From positions 1,612,001-1,676,000 of the forward strand of contig JBHGNT010000017.1 in assembly GCA_043228905.1 (NCBI GenBank): a stretch of DNA of 64,000 bases, read 5' to 3'. The position numbers were made by a program, and so were the translations under genes. This stretch comes from Azolla caroliniana (lineage: Eukaryota; Plantae; Polypodiophyta). This document shows positions 1 to 11,900 of this stretch, piece after piece. Numbering within the stretch: the first letter of the stretch is position 1; each line of letters starts with the position of its first letter. The notes below the pieces were generated by a model. The model was not told where the DNA came from. It saw only the letters and a list, made by a program, of their open reading frames with translations, and ran no database searches.

Positions 1-290
1 CCGACTGATGTATATATATATATTTATGCCTCATATCCACTCCATGATTCTATCTGACTATTATATATTTGCCTCCATCTTTACCCTATCGTTTGTTTAT
101 CCATGACGACTCCACCCCAGCTGTGCTAATTTACATCACATACATGTACTCCCTCTACCCCGTCACGTCTGTTATTTACATAACCTACATCTAAAGTATA
201 TACACCCCATACGTCATTTACACATTACGCAGTCCAGGTAGACTCAATTTTCGGACATTCAGAGTTTAATTGATTGGAGATTATTTGAGA

Positions 291-348
291 AGGGGGCCGC
301 GCGAACGTGAGCCCCCACAGCCACAAATTATGACCTGCACTCTCCCAC
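291..348 (-). pseudogene. U1: U1 snRNA 3' fragment (part of stem-loop III, Sm site, stem-loop IV)
   Basis: Near-identical to the 3' ~58 nt of the U1 at 663-826 (agggggccgcgcgaacgtgagcccccacagccacaaattatgac); 5' half and promoter absent. Confidence 0.85.
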
Positions 349-437
349 CCAGACTGGTTTATATATATGGCTCCATTTACAATTCCATGATGCTCTCGCG
401 CTATTATATATATACATTCATTTCTCCATGACAATCA

Positions 438-657
438 GAGGAATTACATTCATTTACAATTCCATGATACTCTCTTATCTCTCTATTCTATATATAGATC
501 CATTACCATGATAGCTAGTTTGTTGAATTTTGGATTATTTTCCGCTGGGAATTGGGTGAGGAATTACATTCATTTACAATTCCATGATACTCTCTTCTCT
601 CTCTATTCTATATAGATCCATTACGATGATAGCTAGTTTGTTGAATTTTGGATTATT
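438..657. repeat. Direct duplication of ~100 bp of U1 3' flank
   Basis: gaggaattacattcatttacaattccatgatactctc...ttgaattttggattatt occurs at ~438-539 and ~559-657. Confidence 0.85.
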
Positions 658-662
658 TGAGA

Positions 663-826
663 AGGGGGCCGCGCGAACGCGAGCCCCCACTGCCACAAAT
701 TATGACGTGCACTCTCCCACATTGGGGAGATGCTAGGGCAAACAGCCCCTCCGGCAGTGCAATGGAGGCGCCGGCCCTAAGCCATCGGCCTTGCTGATCA
801 CCGATAGACCCCGCCCAGGTAAGTAT
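663..826 (-). ncRNA. U1: U1 spliceosomal snRNA
   Basis: Minus strand starts ATACTTACCTGG; SL1 loop GATCAGCAAG, SL2 loop CATTGCAC, Sm site ATAATTTGTGG, terminal GC hairpin with TTCG loop; ~164 nt. Confidence 0.97.
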
Positions 827-852
827 GTTTAGCTGCTGCTCAAACCACTCAA

Positions 853-891
853 TTTATAGCTCCCTTCCTCCCCGTCCTCTCTATGTGGGAC
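853..891 (-). promoter_or_regulatory. Plant snRNA promoter: USE (GTCCCACATAG, 891-881) and TATA box (TATAAA, 858-853)
   Basis: One mismatch to plant USE consensus RTCCCACATCG; TATA starts 32 nt upstream of the U1 5' end. Confidence 0.93.
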
Positions 892-1859
892 AAATAGAAG
901 ATATACTCTATCTACACTTTTCCATTTCTGCTCTTTTTTGTATTTATTCGCCATGGCCCATGACACACACGGTGGGGCCGTGCCTACAAATTACGAAACT
1001 TTTTCTCGACTATTTCATGGTGTTTCCACATGGTCGACAAATAGTTTATGCATGTGGAGTTACATTAGGGAAAATGCATCGAATGCATGGCTCCCCCCAA
1101 CGCCGAGAAGTGTGCCTTAATGTCTCGATTGAATGACTCCTCTGTCCAAGAAAGTTTACAGTTATCCTCCAAGCCACGACACCAACAAAATGTCCACATG
1201 TAGTCTTCATTCCTTGGGCAAATTCACTTGTGACGACACATCTTGGCACTTTGTTGCACAAGATTTCCTGCGCATGGACAATGGTTGATCGAAAAAACAT
1301 ACAATGAACTTTGGGTTGTGTTCTTAGAAGCATCAAAGAATCAACCATCGGTCTAGAACAAAAAGTTTCATGTTACCTGAGCGTATGTCATACGGATTCC
1401 CACTTCCATCATTTCGACCCACCCTGCACAAATTCTCTGATGTTTGTATGCAACATTTGAGGCACGTGGAATACTGTCAATCCCAATTTGTACAACATTC
1501 ACACCCATCGCACTAATCTTATGGTTAACATGGGTTACACCACCACATATCATAATGGGATGTAGTCAATGTGGAATATCGACGTTCTCTCGTCATGGGT
1601 GGTACTATAACATGTTCTTGTTATCGATAATATTTAGTGGGCCCTACTCGGTTGTTGAATGGTTTCCTTGTACTACGGCAACAATGTGTGAGTTCTTGCT
1701 TCAAAACACCATATGCCTATACGGGTGTGTGGAGAATGTAGTGGCAAGCATGTGAGAGTTCAATGCCAATGAAGCCACATAGCTCTTCGAGCAACTAGGA
1801 GTTAACCTATCCCTTACGATTGCTTAATAGCCCATTTAAGCCAATGGGAAGATAGAGCT

Positions 1860-2430
1860 TGGGCACGGTCCGATAAACAAGGCTATTGGCTGAGCTTGTG
1901 AATGAAGGGATGGTGATTGGCCTCCTTGTGGGTCGAGAGGACCACCCACAACTCATCAAAAGGGTTCATGCCAACTGAGCTCGTGTATGGTCTAAAGGTG
2001 TTAACGCACAAAGAAGAGACGATCACATCGTACGTGGCAATGTCCTGCCAAGGGGAGATTTGACAATACGCATTAACTACGACCAAGAAAGATCGATGAC
2101 GGAGACTGGGCGATCGTGTGCCACAACTGCCCCGAAGACCAACACAACTGAAAGAAGAAGTTCATGTGGTCATGGTTTGGGCCGTATGTGTGATCAACGA
2201 GAATGAAAAGATCGTGTACGACCTCGCTAAACTAGATAGTAGGGAAAAAAAGGTATGATATTCAAGAAGCGGTAGGACGAGATGCTAGACCTCGATGGCA
2301 TTCACGACGACAATGACGACGAGGAGCAAGCATTGGGAAGCGATGGCGGCCACAAGTGACCACCTTCAGTCACCCCATTCTTGGCGTATACGGGTGGACG
2401 TGGGGGTTTCACGAGGTGGATGTTGTCACG
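1860..2430 (+). mobile_element. Highly degenerate Ty3/gypsy integrase C-terminal remnant
   Basis: Patchy similarity to the integrase at 60889-62454 (GH.PI.KA, MPTEL, GDW, WFGPY motifs) with many frameshifts. Confidence 0.6.
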
Positions 2431-2629
2431 TGGCGAGACCAAAGGAGGAATGCAGGGCAATGAGGGGGAAAGGGGAAGATGTAAAAAGATCAATGTAAAT
2501 AAAATCTAAAAAGGTTATAACAATAAAAAGTCAAAGACCCTACTGATTGTGGAGTTGTAGTGTCCCTTGGCCACTTCAACAATAGGAATATAGTTGTCAC
2601 ACGACACAATCACATCAAATACGTAGTTA

Positions 2630-2692
2630 GTGAGGATTGAACCTGCAACCTCACATCTACAAAACGAACGTCATGCTTAACCATCTAGATAT
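2630..2692 (-). repeat. tRNA-derived (SINE-like) head
   Basis: Minus strand: box-A-like CTAGATGGTTAAGC followed by box-B-like GGTTCAATCC; no complete cloverleaf. Confidence 0.45.
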
Positions 2693-2697
2693 GAGCA

Positions 2698-3058
2698 TGT
2701 ATTTGTATATAATAGAGTATTGTATATTCTAGTATATATACATTCCAGAATATTCTAGAGCCTTTAGTGTATTCTAGAAATATTTTATGGTGTATTCTAA
2801 ACATGTATAATCTAGAGATATTTGTTAGGTATATTCTAGAGATACTCAATCTTAGAACTTGTATAAATACTTGTAATCTCTTTCATACCTTCCAAGGGAT
2901 TCAACACCAGTCATTGACAAATTAATATAGTATTCTAATTTCGCGCCATCTTGTCTCCTTGCTCTTCTTATCTTTGTCTTCATGGTCTTGTTTCGTGCCC
3001 AACTTCTTAAGTTCCTCGCCTCGTCGTCCCCAACTTCCTGAGTTTCTAGCCTCGTCAC
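2698..3058 (+). mobile_element. Probable LTR remnant
   Basis: TCTAGA-rich U3-like region, TATAAATA at ~2862, ends ...cctcgtca; no partner LTR or TSD found. Confidence 0.4.
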
Positions 3059-4703
3059 TTATAGCTCGTCTAGCTCCATGTCCTTGTAGGCATCCTCTTC
3101 CTCCACCTCCAAATCCGGATCTGGATCCGGCTCCGGCTCGTGTCCCTTCTTGAAGGCCTTTATTTGCTTCCTTGCAACCAATATTGCTATCCTTGTTCCA
3201 TTGAGCTCCGCCAAGTGGTAGGTCGCGTTGTCATTGGCGCTCGTCGCCACGTATGGCCCGAACCACCGTCATGCGAACTTCTGAGTCGACTTGTGTTGAT
3301 TGTTGAGACTGTTGTCGTAGACCAGCACCCAATCGCCTTCTTTGATCTTCTTTGGTCTCAATCGGTGCGTCATGTCGAACCGATCCTTACTCTTCATCCT
3401 CGCCTCCTTTAACTTTGCCTTCACCGATTCCATTTCCTCTAGATGCCTCTCCAGTTGTCGAATCCGCGCAACCAGCAACTCTTCCCGGCTCATTTCGTCT
3501 AATCAGTCGACCAACGTCCATGATGTTATTGTTCTCTCCACTGGAATGATCGGCTTTTGTTCGAACATGAGTTCGGCCGACATGTATCCGGTTATAGAAT
3601 TGTGCGTAGTTCGGTCGGCCCATAGTGCATATGTAAGAAGTCTCAGCCAATTTCCGACTCGTCTGTCGTAGGCTCATACTATCGCTTTGACAATCGGCTC
3701 GTGCCCTCTTTCAACCTTCCCGTTCGCCAAATCACATCCTCGATCAAGAACCGACATACTATTGTAGTCGTCTTGTTCGTTAATGCTCAGCCCTCTACCT
3801 AGTTCGTCAGGTCTTCTCTTGCTAACACCAAGTATTGGATCTGTCCTACACCAGTCGGCATCGTTAATATATCAACCATCCACTTAAAGTGAATGGTCGA
3901 CGAGTAGGTCGGGTACAGTTTGTCACGGTGCCCGACTCCGAAATGTACCTAGCAACTATCACACATCGACACAAAATGATGCACATCTTTGTACATCCCC
4001 GACCACCAGTACTTCTCTTTCAGCCTTTCGAAAGTCACTCACGTTCCTCGGTGTCCGGACCAAGGACTCTAGTGGATGTCCAACAGCAACACTGACGAGT
4101 CTTTCGCCCGCGTCACCACCCAGAGTGGTGGGTTGTTCCTCCTCTTCGAATGCTGCCATATCACCCCGTCTCGCAAGAAGAACTTGTAATCCTTTCTCTG
4201 GATTCGACCGACCTCTTCCTTCATCCACAATGCATCATCTATCATCGTGCTTAGGAACCGTCCTATACGAGGCCACTCCTCGTTGTAATCATCCTTGTTG
4301 AACTTGTTCAAGGTTGGAGTGATTCGCCTGTTTACTGACAATTAAGTTGACTCGAAGAAGTCCATGCCAACATCCTCGTCTTCTGATACCATGACATTCT
4401 CATTGTCGTATCACCCTCTCGATAGCATGTCAACCATGGCATTATCCTTTCCAGAGATGTGTCGTATCTCCGGATCGAGGGACTTAATGTATGTGATCCA
4501 CCTGAGCATTGCCAGGTCAAAAGTCGCGCATCTGGAAACCATCCCAAGGATCGGGAGGCAGTCTTTCTTGATTATCACCTTCATCCCAATCAGGTACTCT
4601 TTGTCGGCCTTTACCGCCGAAACAATACCCCATAGTTTGCGCTAAACATGGGCGTATCCTCTGTGTCGCTCACTAAGAACCTTCGCGTCAAATCGGATGG
4701 CAT
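3059..4703 (-). mobile_element. Element A: degenerate Ty3/gypsy RNase H-integrase (same group as 60229-64000)
   Basis: ORF fragments EMSREELLVARIRQLE, HRLRPKKIKEGDWVLVYD, TYHLAELNG match the integrase at the window end; multiple stops and frameshifts. Confidence 0.88.
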
Positions 4704-5050
4704 TGTCATGAAGGATTCCGACCATATGAAGAAATGGAGTTGGATGTGCGTGAACGTGTGTGTGCACGGATGCACACGAATTAAGTGTTAGGTACAAACA
4801 TATGTAAATAGCATAGGACTAGTGAGTACTAGGGAGTATTTACATAGTTTGCGCTAAACATGGGCGTATCCTTTGTGTCGCTCACTAAGGACCTTCGCGT
4901 CAAATCGGATGGCATTGTCATGAAGGATTCCGACCATATGAAGAAACGGAGTTGGATGCGCGTGAACGTGTGTGTGCACGGATGCACACGAATTAAGTGT
5001 TAGGTACAAACATATGTAAATAGCATAGGACTAGTGAGTACTAGGGAGTA
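4631..5050. repeat. ~210-bp tandem duplication spanning the element A / LTR B junction
   Basis: catagtttgcgctaaacatggg...gtactagggagta at 4631-4838 and again at ~4843-5050. Confidence 0.92.
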
Positions 5051-5674
5051 GGATTTAATGGGCACTTTAAAGACCCGCACGGATAGAGAGGATACGGGGA
5101 TTTGATGTGAGGAAATCGGGGGGGGGGGGGGGGATCTCTAACAATGATCACGATGTAACGCCCCCCCCCCCCCCCCCCCCTTGTGCTATTAAAGGGGAGG
5201 CTTGAGCCTGTTTTAAGGATCCATGATCGGGGAGGACGAAGTGCTCTCGGTTTGAGTACCGATATCTCTCTCTCTCTCTCTCTCTTCCCCGCTCTCTGTT
5301 TTCTTATGTGTGTGTGTTTCGTGCTGATCTGGGAAAGGAGGTGAAGCCTCTGCTCACGCAGGAAGCTCGTGAGCTCCCGAGTAGAGGTTCATCGTTCTAT
5401 GGGTGTTCGTGGTGGTCGTAGTTCAGAGCACCATTGCCAGCCAAGTCCGGTTGTAAACATTCATTCTATGTTAATCATTAGTATTTTGTTGTGTCTCTTC
5501 TTGTGTTGGGTATTTCCACGTAGTTCCTGCTTGTTGTTGTTCGCTGCGCACCCATTCTGTCTCTGGTGTGTACGTGTCCGAGTCTGTGGGTTCGTCAACT
5601 CATTACTATTGTCCAACAGCCTGACTAGAACAATACCTTTCTTCAAGCCCTTGTGCTAACTGTTCGGGATCCGG
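4916..5674 (+). mobile_element. LTR B (related to family C LTRs), truncated by the C1 insertion
   Basis: Starts tgtcatgaag like the C LTRs; shares the tgtaacg...ctat.aaagg TATA context; CT and TG microsatellites downstream. Confidence 0.65.
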
Positions 5675-5788
5675 TGTCGCGTTATTACACGCGTGTGTGT
5701 AGAAGGGGCGGGACCACGGGGGTCTCGGACGAGGGAGAAAAGGGATGCCAAGAAAACCAACACCAGATACGGCCTGGATGCAACCGAA

Positions 5789-5840
<52 letters not shown>

Positions 5841-7663
5841 CGTGCGCACTACACCGACTCTTATGCACAGGAAACAAAGGGGTGGAAACACCCAACATTA
5901 CCAGAGATGCGAATGTGCACAACCGAACATATATATATATATATTACAATGGAACAGTTACAACTCCGGCTCCGAGCCGGACTAAGGTAAGTTAGGTCAC
6001 AATAGTTGTCTGACGCCAAGCCACCGTTGGGGAGCTCTTGGGCTTGTCGCGCCGAGCGGGGTCTTGCACAGGAAGCCGAGCCGAAGTAAACCTACAAAGG
6101 GGGGAAGATACTACCACGGCCACGAGCCGGTTACACTCAGAAGAAGAGAAGTTAACCTAACAGCTTTGCTACCATAGTTGCAGCTCGACTTCTCGAGAAG
6201 GAGAAGACTAAAGGAGACAAAAGAAGGAAGAATGAAGCTAACCCTAGAAAAACACGAAATGGTATACCCTTTGTGAATCAAAATGGGCAACCCTTTCACA
6301 AAGGGTGCTCCCTTCCTTTTATAGAACAAGGAGAGGGACGCATTACAATGTGACATAAATCCCGACTTAAATGGGATTCTTTGTCCCGACTTGACTCCTA
6401 TTATTCACACGTTTTACAAGGGTGAGCACACACGATGCACTCCGCCGATTCTCCCGTTATTTTCCGATTCCACCTAGGGACGGTTTTCTCCACAACATCT
6501 GCCCCCACCTAACCGTGCATCCACCGATATGCGCCAAAATGGACTCTTGCTGGAGAAGACCGGCCCACGCTTATCCTTCACCTTCTGGATCGACATCCAT
6601 TCCAAGCCGATCGTTGTCACTATCCATGTCGTCTGGGTCCGGTTCATCCTCGTGCGCTTACCTCTCCGTAGGCCCATTCGACCCGTCAATAGGTCGTTCA
6701 TCACGACCTCGTAGCACGCGCACTTCATTGTTGGCCTTTCACTTGGCCGAATGCACGCTCCGCTCTCCGTAAGTCCGGGGTCCTCCGCTTGAGGAGCACT
6801 TGTAACGGCCCGCTTGGCCTCAGTCCGTTGCCACGTTGTCTTGGTCGCCGTCTTTGCCGCCGCTACCGTCTGTCACTCTCGGTCTCACACGGCTCTCGGG
6901 CCAGATGCTAGAGTCTCTAGAGTCGGTGCGTGCGAAGTCCCGGCACCACCGCTTCCCTTTTGCCTGTGGGTGTCCTCTACGTCCGAGGAATACTCGTAGT
7001 AGCTTGCTTGGCCCCTCTTTCGTCTTGCGCCGTTGCCGCCGGGTTGAAGCCTTTTGCTCGCCGTCTTCCCCTTGCCCCCACCAGCTTGTCATCTCGGGCT
7101 TGGCTTGCCACGCCAGTCGTTGCCACTTCGACTAAGCCGTTGAGACCTCCGAAGCGGGCGTGGAGGATCCTTCTCCGGCCTGTATCTTCCCCGGTTTTCG
7201 ACCCGTGCAGCTCATCGCGCACCCCTTTCCGCGTTCCCGGCACCACCGCGTGCGTGCCATCCTTTACTCGTGCTCCGATTCGGCCGTCGATAGCCACTTG
7301 CACGATTCTTCTTCAACTCTGGGTGTGCCCTTCTTAGCTTGGCACACCGCCCGTACTTGCCCTTACTGGCTCCTTCAGAAAACGTAACCGGCCAGTAGGG
7401 GGTTCGCACTTAGACAACTTCCGTCTTGTCGACTATTGTCGATGCCGGGTCTCGTTCCTTGCTGCCACCAACCTTCTCTCTCAGTCTTACGTTGCCACGT
7501 TGGCCGAATAGCCGGAGTCTCCGGATCGGTGTGAAGATCCCATAGGGTTGGTCTTTGTTTCGTTGCTTGCCGAAATTCGGGTGTCTTTTGTTTGAGTCCC
7601 TCCCGGACTCTCCTCGTGTCTCCCGCGTAGTCGGGTCCCGCTTCCCGCCGCCACCGGCTTTCT
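5675..7663 (-). mobile_element. Element C1, 3' part: 3' LTR (5675-6497), PPT (6498-6510) and internal non-coding region
   Basis: Reverse-complement homologue of ~30990-33060; TG...CA ends; PPT aggtgggggcaga. Confidence 0.88.
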
Positions 7664-7704
7664 TGTAGAAGATTGCTTGCGGAAGCGTTAGAAAGAACAA
7701 TACA

Positions 7705-7748
<44 letters not shown>

Positions 7749-8912
7749 AAAACACACTATTTTCCAAAATTATATGAATACTCTGTGCTCTGTATCTACA
7801 ACGCGCTCATCAGCGCTATTTATACAAGTCCACACGGGACTGTTAGAAGTATGGTGTACTTCAATGCTCACACGAGCATCTGACACTAACTACGAGACTA
7901 TAACTGCCTAGTAGTCTAACCTATACTAGGCTTCCGGTTACAGATTGGATCCGGCATACCGGCTCCCCAGCTCACTGGTCCTTACTGCTTACCGGCTTGG
8001 TTGCTCACCGGCATACCGATTCATCTCGCTTACCGGCTCAGGCTTATTCAGCCGATTCGGCTCTGGTTGAGCTTGCCGCTCAACACTCCCCCTCAAGCTC
8101 AACCTGAGGTAGGGTCGTAGTGTCAACCTCTGTGGCAGCCGGTTCTTCCAACCGACTTCTCCTGGCGTCGCTTCGCCTTGCTCGCGTCCTTGTTCGGTCT
8201 GGTCCCATTTGCCGCGACCCTTTTGGTTCTACGCGCCTCGACCTTCGGCATGTCTGCTCAATAGGCCCATCTCAGCTCCTTCGCTGCTATGACTCCGACG
8301 CTTGCCGATCCATCGGTTCCACCGTGATGGCATCAACTTCCGCTGCGTCCGTGTCTCCTTGGCCTCTCGTTGATCCGACTCATCCGGATCCGTCTGTTGA
8401 TCCGAATTGGTTGTCTCCAACTCGTTCCAGCTCTTGTCCGATGTTACCGGCTGGCAAGGAGTCCAAAATACGGAGTGAAGGGATTAATTAGATATGGTTG
8501 TAAATGAGCATAGTGTGGACGGACGGACTGGAAACGGTATGCCGTTCTAGTTCCGGACGGATCCCGAATAGGTGCGAGAGGCACCGTTTTGTACTACGGG
8601 CCGGAAACCTATTTAAAGGCCCGGACCCCATTGTAATGACAGCGGATAATTAATAGAGATTATGATGTTTATACTTCTGTCTTGATTTCCGTTCTGTAAT
8701 CACTGTTATATCTTACGCGTGTAATTAACCAAAGCAATCTAATCGTGTAACCTACGTAAGTCGGTGTAATCGTTGAATCTTAATCCTATGCCGTAATCAC
8801 CCTTTGGTGAAGTGTCTCCGTGACACCTTGTGTTAGGCCTTGTCCGGCATAACCTATAACACAGTTTTGGCGACCACGATTCCTGCTTTCTCGCAGCGAA
8901 CGACGGTAATGG

Positions 8913-11900
8913 ATGACTAGACCAACGCACGACTTGGTTACAGACTGAGCTCGACGCCTCGCCGAACGGCAAAGACGGCGTGAGACTTTCCAGCAAGCAG
9001 CGCAGGAAATTCGCTCGGATCGTTCGTTCTCCAACGAGATCCGGAGAGTCGCGGAGGAATCTCTCTGGTTACGGCAAACTCGCGACCAGGACGACGGAAG
9101 CAGTCTAAGTAGTCTCCGGGAAACCGAACGACTCCTGGAGGCGCTGGCAAGCGGAGAAAACGAGGCAGAAGCCTTTTCAGCCTACGAATCGGATTCCGAA
9201 GGGGGATACAGCGTGCACACGAACTACCGGAGCAGCAACGATACCCCCGGCGGCCCGGAAGACGACGGGTCGGATACCGTGCCGACTCCAGAACCGGAAC
9301 CGCGCAACCAGGGCTATCCGGAACCGCAAACGGAAGCCGTCAACCCACCAACACCGGAAGTGGAAGAAGCAAAGCCACCAACACCAACGAAAGAGCCGGC
9401 AAAGGTACCGGAAGAAGAGCCGGAAAAAGGACCGGCAAAAGAACCGGAAGTGAAACCGGAGAAAGAATCGGAAAGATATCAACAAACGCCACTAAACCGC
9501 TGCCTAATACTGGACGACGACATGCCGTTCCAATACTCAAAGTATCGCGATGATCCGGACGCGGAAGCGCATGTTGATGACTTCGAGCAGACATGGGAAG
9601 CAAATCACACGTCCCAGCGAATGACACCGGAGGAAGAAGAACGCTCGAAGATAGCGGAATTCGGAGTCACGTTGGAGGGACCAGCAACACGATGGCGGCG
9701 GTCGCAGGACCCGGCGACCATCACAACATTTGCAGAATTAAAAGCAAAATTCTTGCATTTTTTCCACAAGGAGGTCGACCAGACGACAATGGTGGGCCTG
9801 TTTTATACGATCCGGCAGGAGGCAGGGGAAAGTATTCCCCAATTCGTCATCCGTTTCCAACGGATGCATAGCCAGCTTGCCCGTGCACCCCCGGAGGAGG
9901 AATTACGGACGATATTTTTAAACGCACTCCGGGAACCGTTACGCACGGTGTGTACGGTAATCGACTTTCGAGGATGCACCATCGATCAGGTCATTGACCG
10001 GGTCAGAGAAATGGAAAAGACAAGCTCATGGCTTACGCTGGAAACACTGCAACGGGCGTTACCCACCGAGGAAGATCTCCGGTTCCGGCAGGCAATTCAA
10101 TGCACAATCTGCTTGAATGCCGGACACTCGGCAGTAGAGTGCACCATGCGCACTCAGTGTGTGATTTGTCAATCCAAGAGTCATACAACGGACCGGTGCG
10201 AGTATAACCTGTTAAACTGACAAGCACCACCCGTCCGACGGATCGAGCCAAGAAGCAGCCAAGACGAAGATGAAGATCGTTGGCAAAAAATGAACCGGTA
10301 CCGACCGGCACAGGATGTCCGGTACGGAGACAGGCAAGAGAATGATGGCCGGTACGGGAATCGGCGTGATAACTACGACCGGTATGAGCGATCAGACCGT
10401 TATCGTGAGCCCAACAGGCGACACGAGCAATACGACAGAGACCATTCCCCTGGTTACCGAAGGCACCAGGAGGACTACGGCCGATTTTACGATCCACCAC
10501 GACCGGACTACCGAAATAAACATAAGAATAATAAGAAACGTAATTTCAAGAAAGGTGGTCACCCAAGGGACCCGGAACATGGAACCCCAAGGAGCCAACC
10601 AGCACAGAACGCACCACTCGCTACGGGACCGACTCTGGCTACCAGCAATGCTGAATCCAGCAATACCCGTAAAGAGTACTGCTACTACTGCAGGCAGGAA
10701 GGCCACTACAGTAACCAGTGCCCGGTAAAGAGCTACGAGAAACGACCAACAGTTAATATGGTGGTTCCGGAAGTGACGGATGTACAGCAAGTAACCACAC
10801 GGTCGAAAGGCATGGCCAAAGAGTGGGAAACACAAGAGGCCATACGAAAACAGGCAACAGAATGGGTGAAGGAAGCCAATGAAAGGAACGTCGCGGACGC
10901 AGAACGGCAAAAGGCGAATACCATAGGGAGTGCCGGCGGTAGCCACCCAGAAAACGAGACATGGCAAGCACTGCAAGAATGTCAGATCACGTTGCCGTTA
11001 GGAAGACTCTTGCAGCTCGTACCGCGATTCACAGAAGGACTAAAAACGGTCATGACAGACGGTATAGCCCCACCGGCACCAGTCCTCTTCTCGAATCCGG
11101 AGGAGGGACCGACGGTGGTGGACACTAATAGTCCGGCGATTACAGCTATTGTCAAAGGGCACGAACTTCCCGGCACCGTAATCGATGGAGGTTCCGGGGT
11201 GAACGTAATAAGCCTCCGTACGTGTGATGCCTTGGGTATACATGAATGGGAGCCATGTCCGTTCTGGCTACGGATGGCGGATACGAGCTCTGTACGGCCG
11301 ACGGGCTTAATACGGAAATTGGAAGTCACCATAGGAGGCCACACATTTCACATCTCGGCTGTAGTGCTGCAGCTACAGGCGCAAGGCGCGTACCCACTGC
11401 TGTTGGGCAGACCATGGTTGAAAACAGCACACATCAAGCAAAATTGGCGGAAAAATATGATTACCTTCCGGCGCGGAAAAGCCAAGGTCCGGGTACCGAC
11501 ACAACCACGGACGAGCAACGGTAAGGAATGCACACCGCTGTATGCGGAATGTGTGAACATGCTTGAGGGATTGGCAGACGACGAAGAAGCCCAGTACTTG
11601 GAGGAACATCCGAAGATCGTACCACTCTTCGAGATTGACGTAGCTGAAGCCGTAGCCGCATACTTGCCGCAGCGGGACGACACCGAAGCCGAACCAGACA
11701 AAGATGCGATTCGGGAATTACGGCAAGCACAGGAAGCGTTGGAACGGGAAATGGCCGTTTCCCAACGGGTAAAAGCATCCCAGCTCGACGAAGTGAACCT
11801 AGGAAGCAAGGACGAATCAAAGCCGGTACACATCGCCAAAGAAATGAAGCCGGAAGATAAAGCGGCGATGATCAAACTTCTCACGGAGTTTCGCGACGTA

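Noticed and set aside
1030-1800. Possible degenerate coding sequence on the minus strand
   Set aside because: No recognisable motif; family cannot be assigned without a search.
5653-5995. Short ORFs with ER/LS dipeptide repeats, here and in other LTRs
   Set aside because: They are translations of GA/CT microsatellites; most other short ORFs in the track are shadow frames of TE genes.
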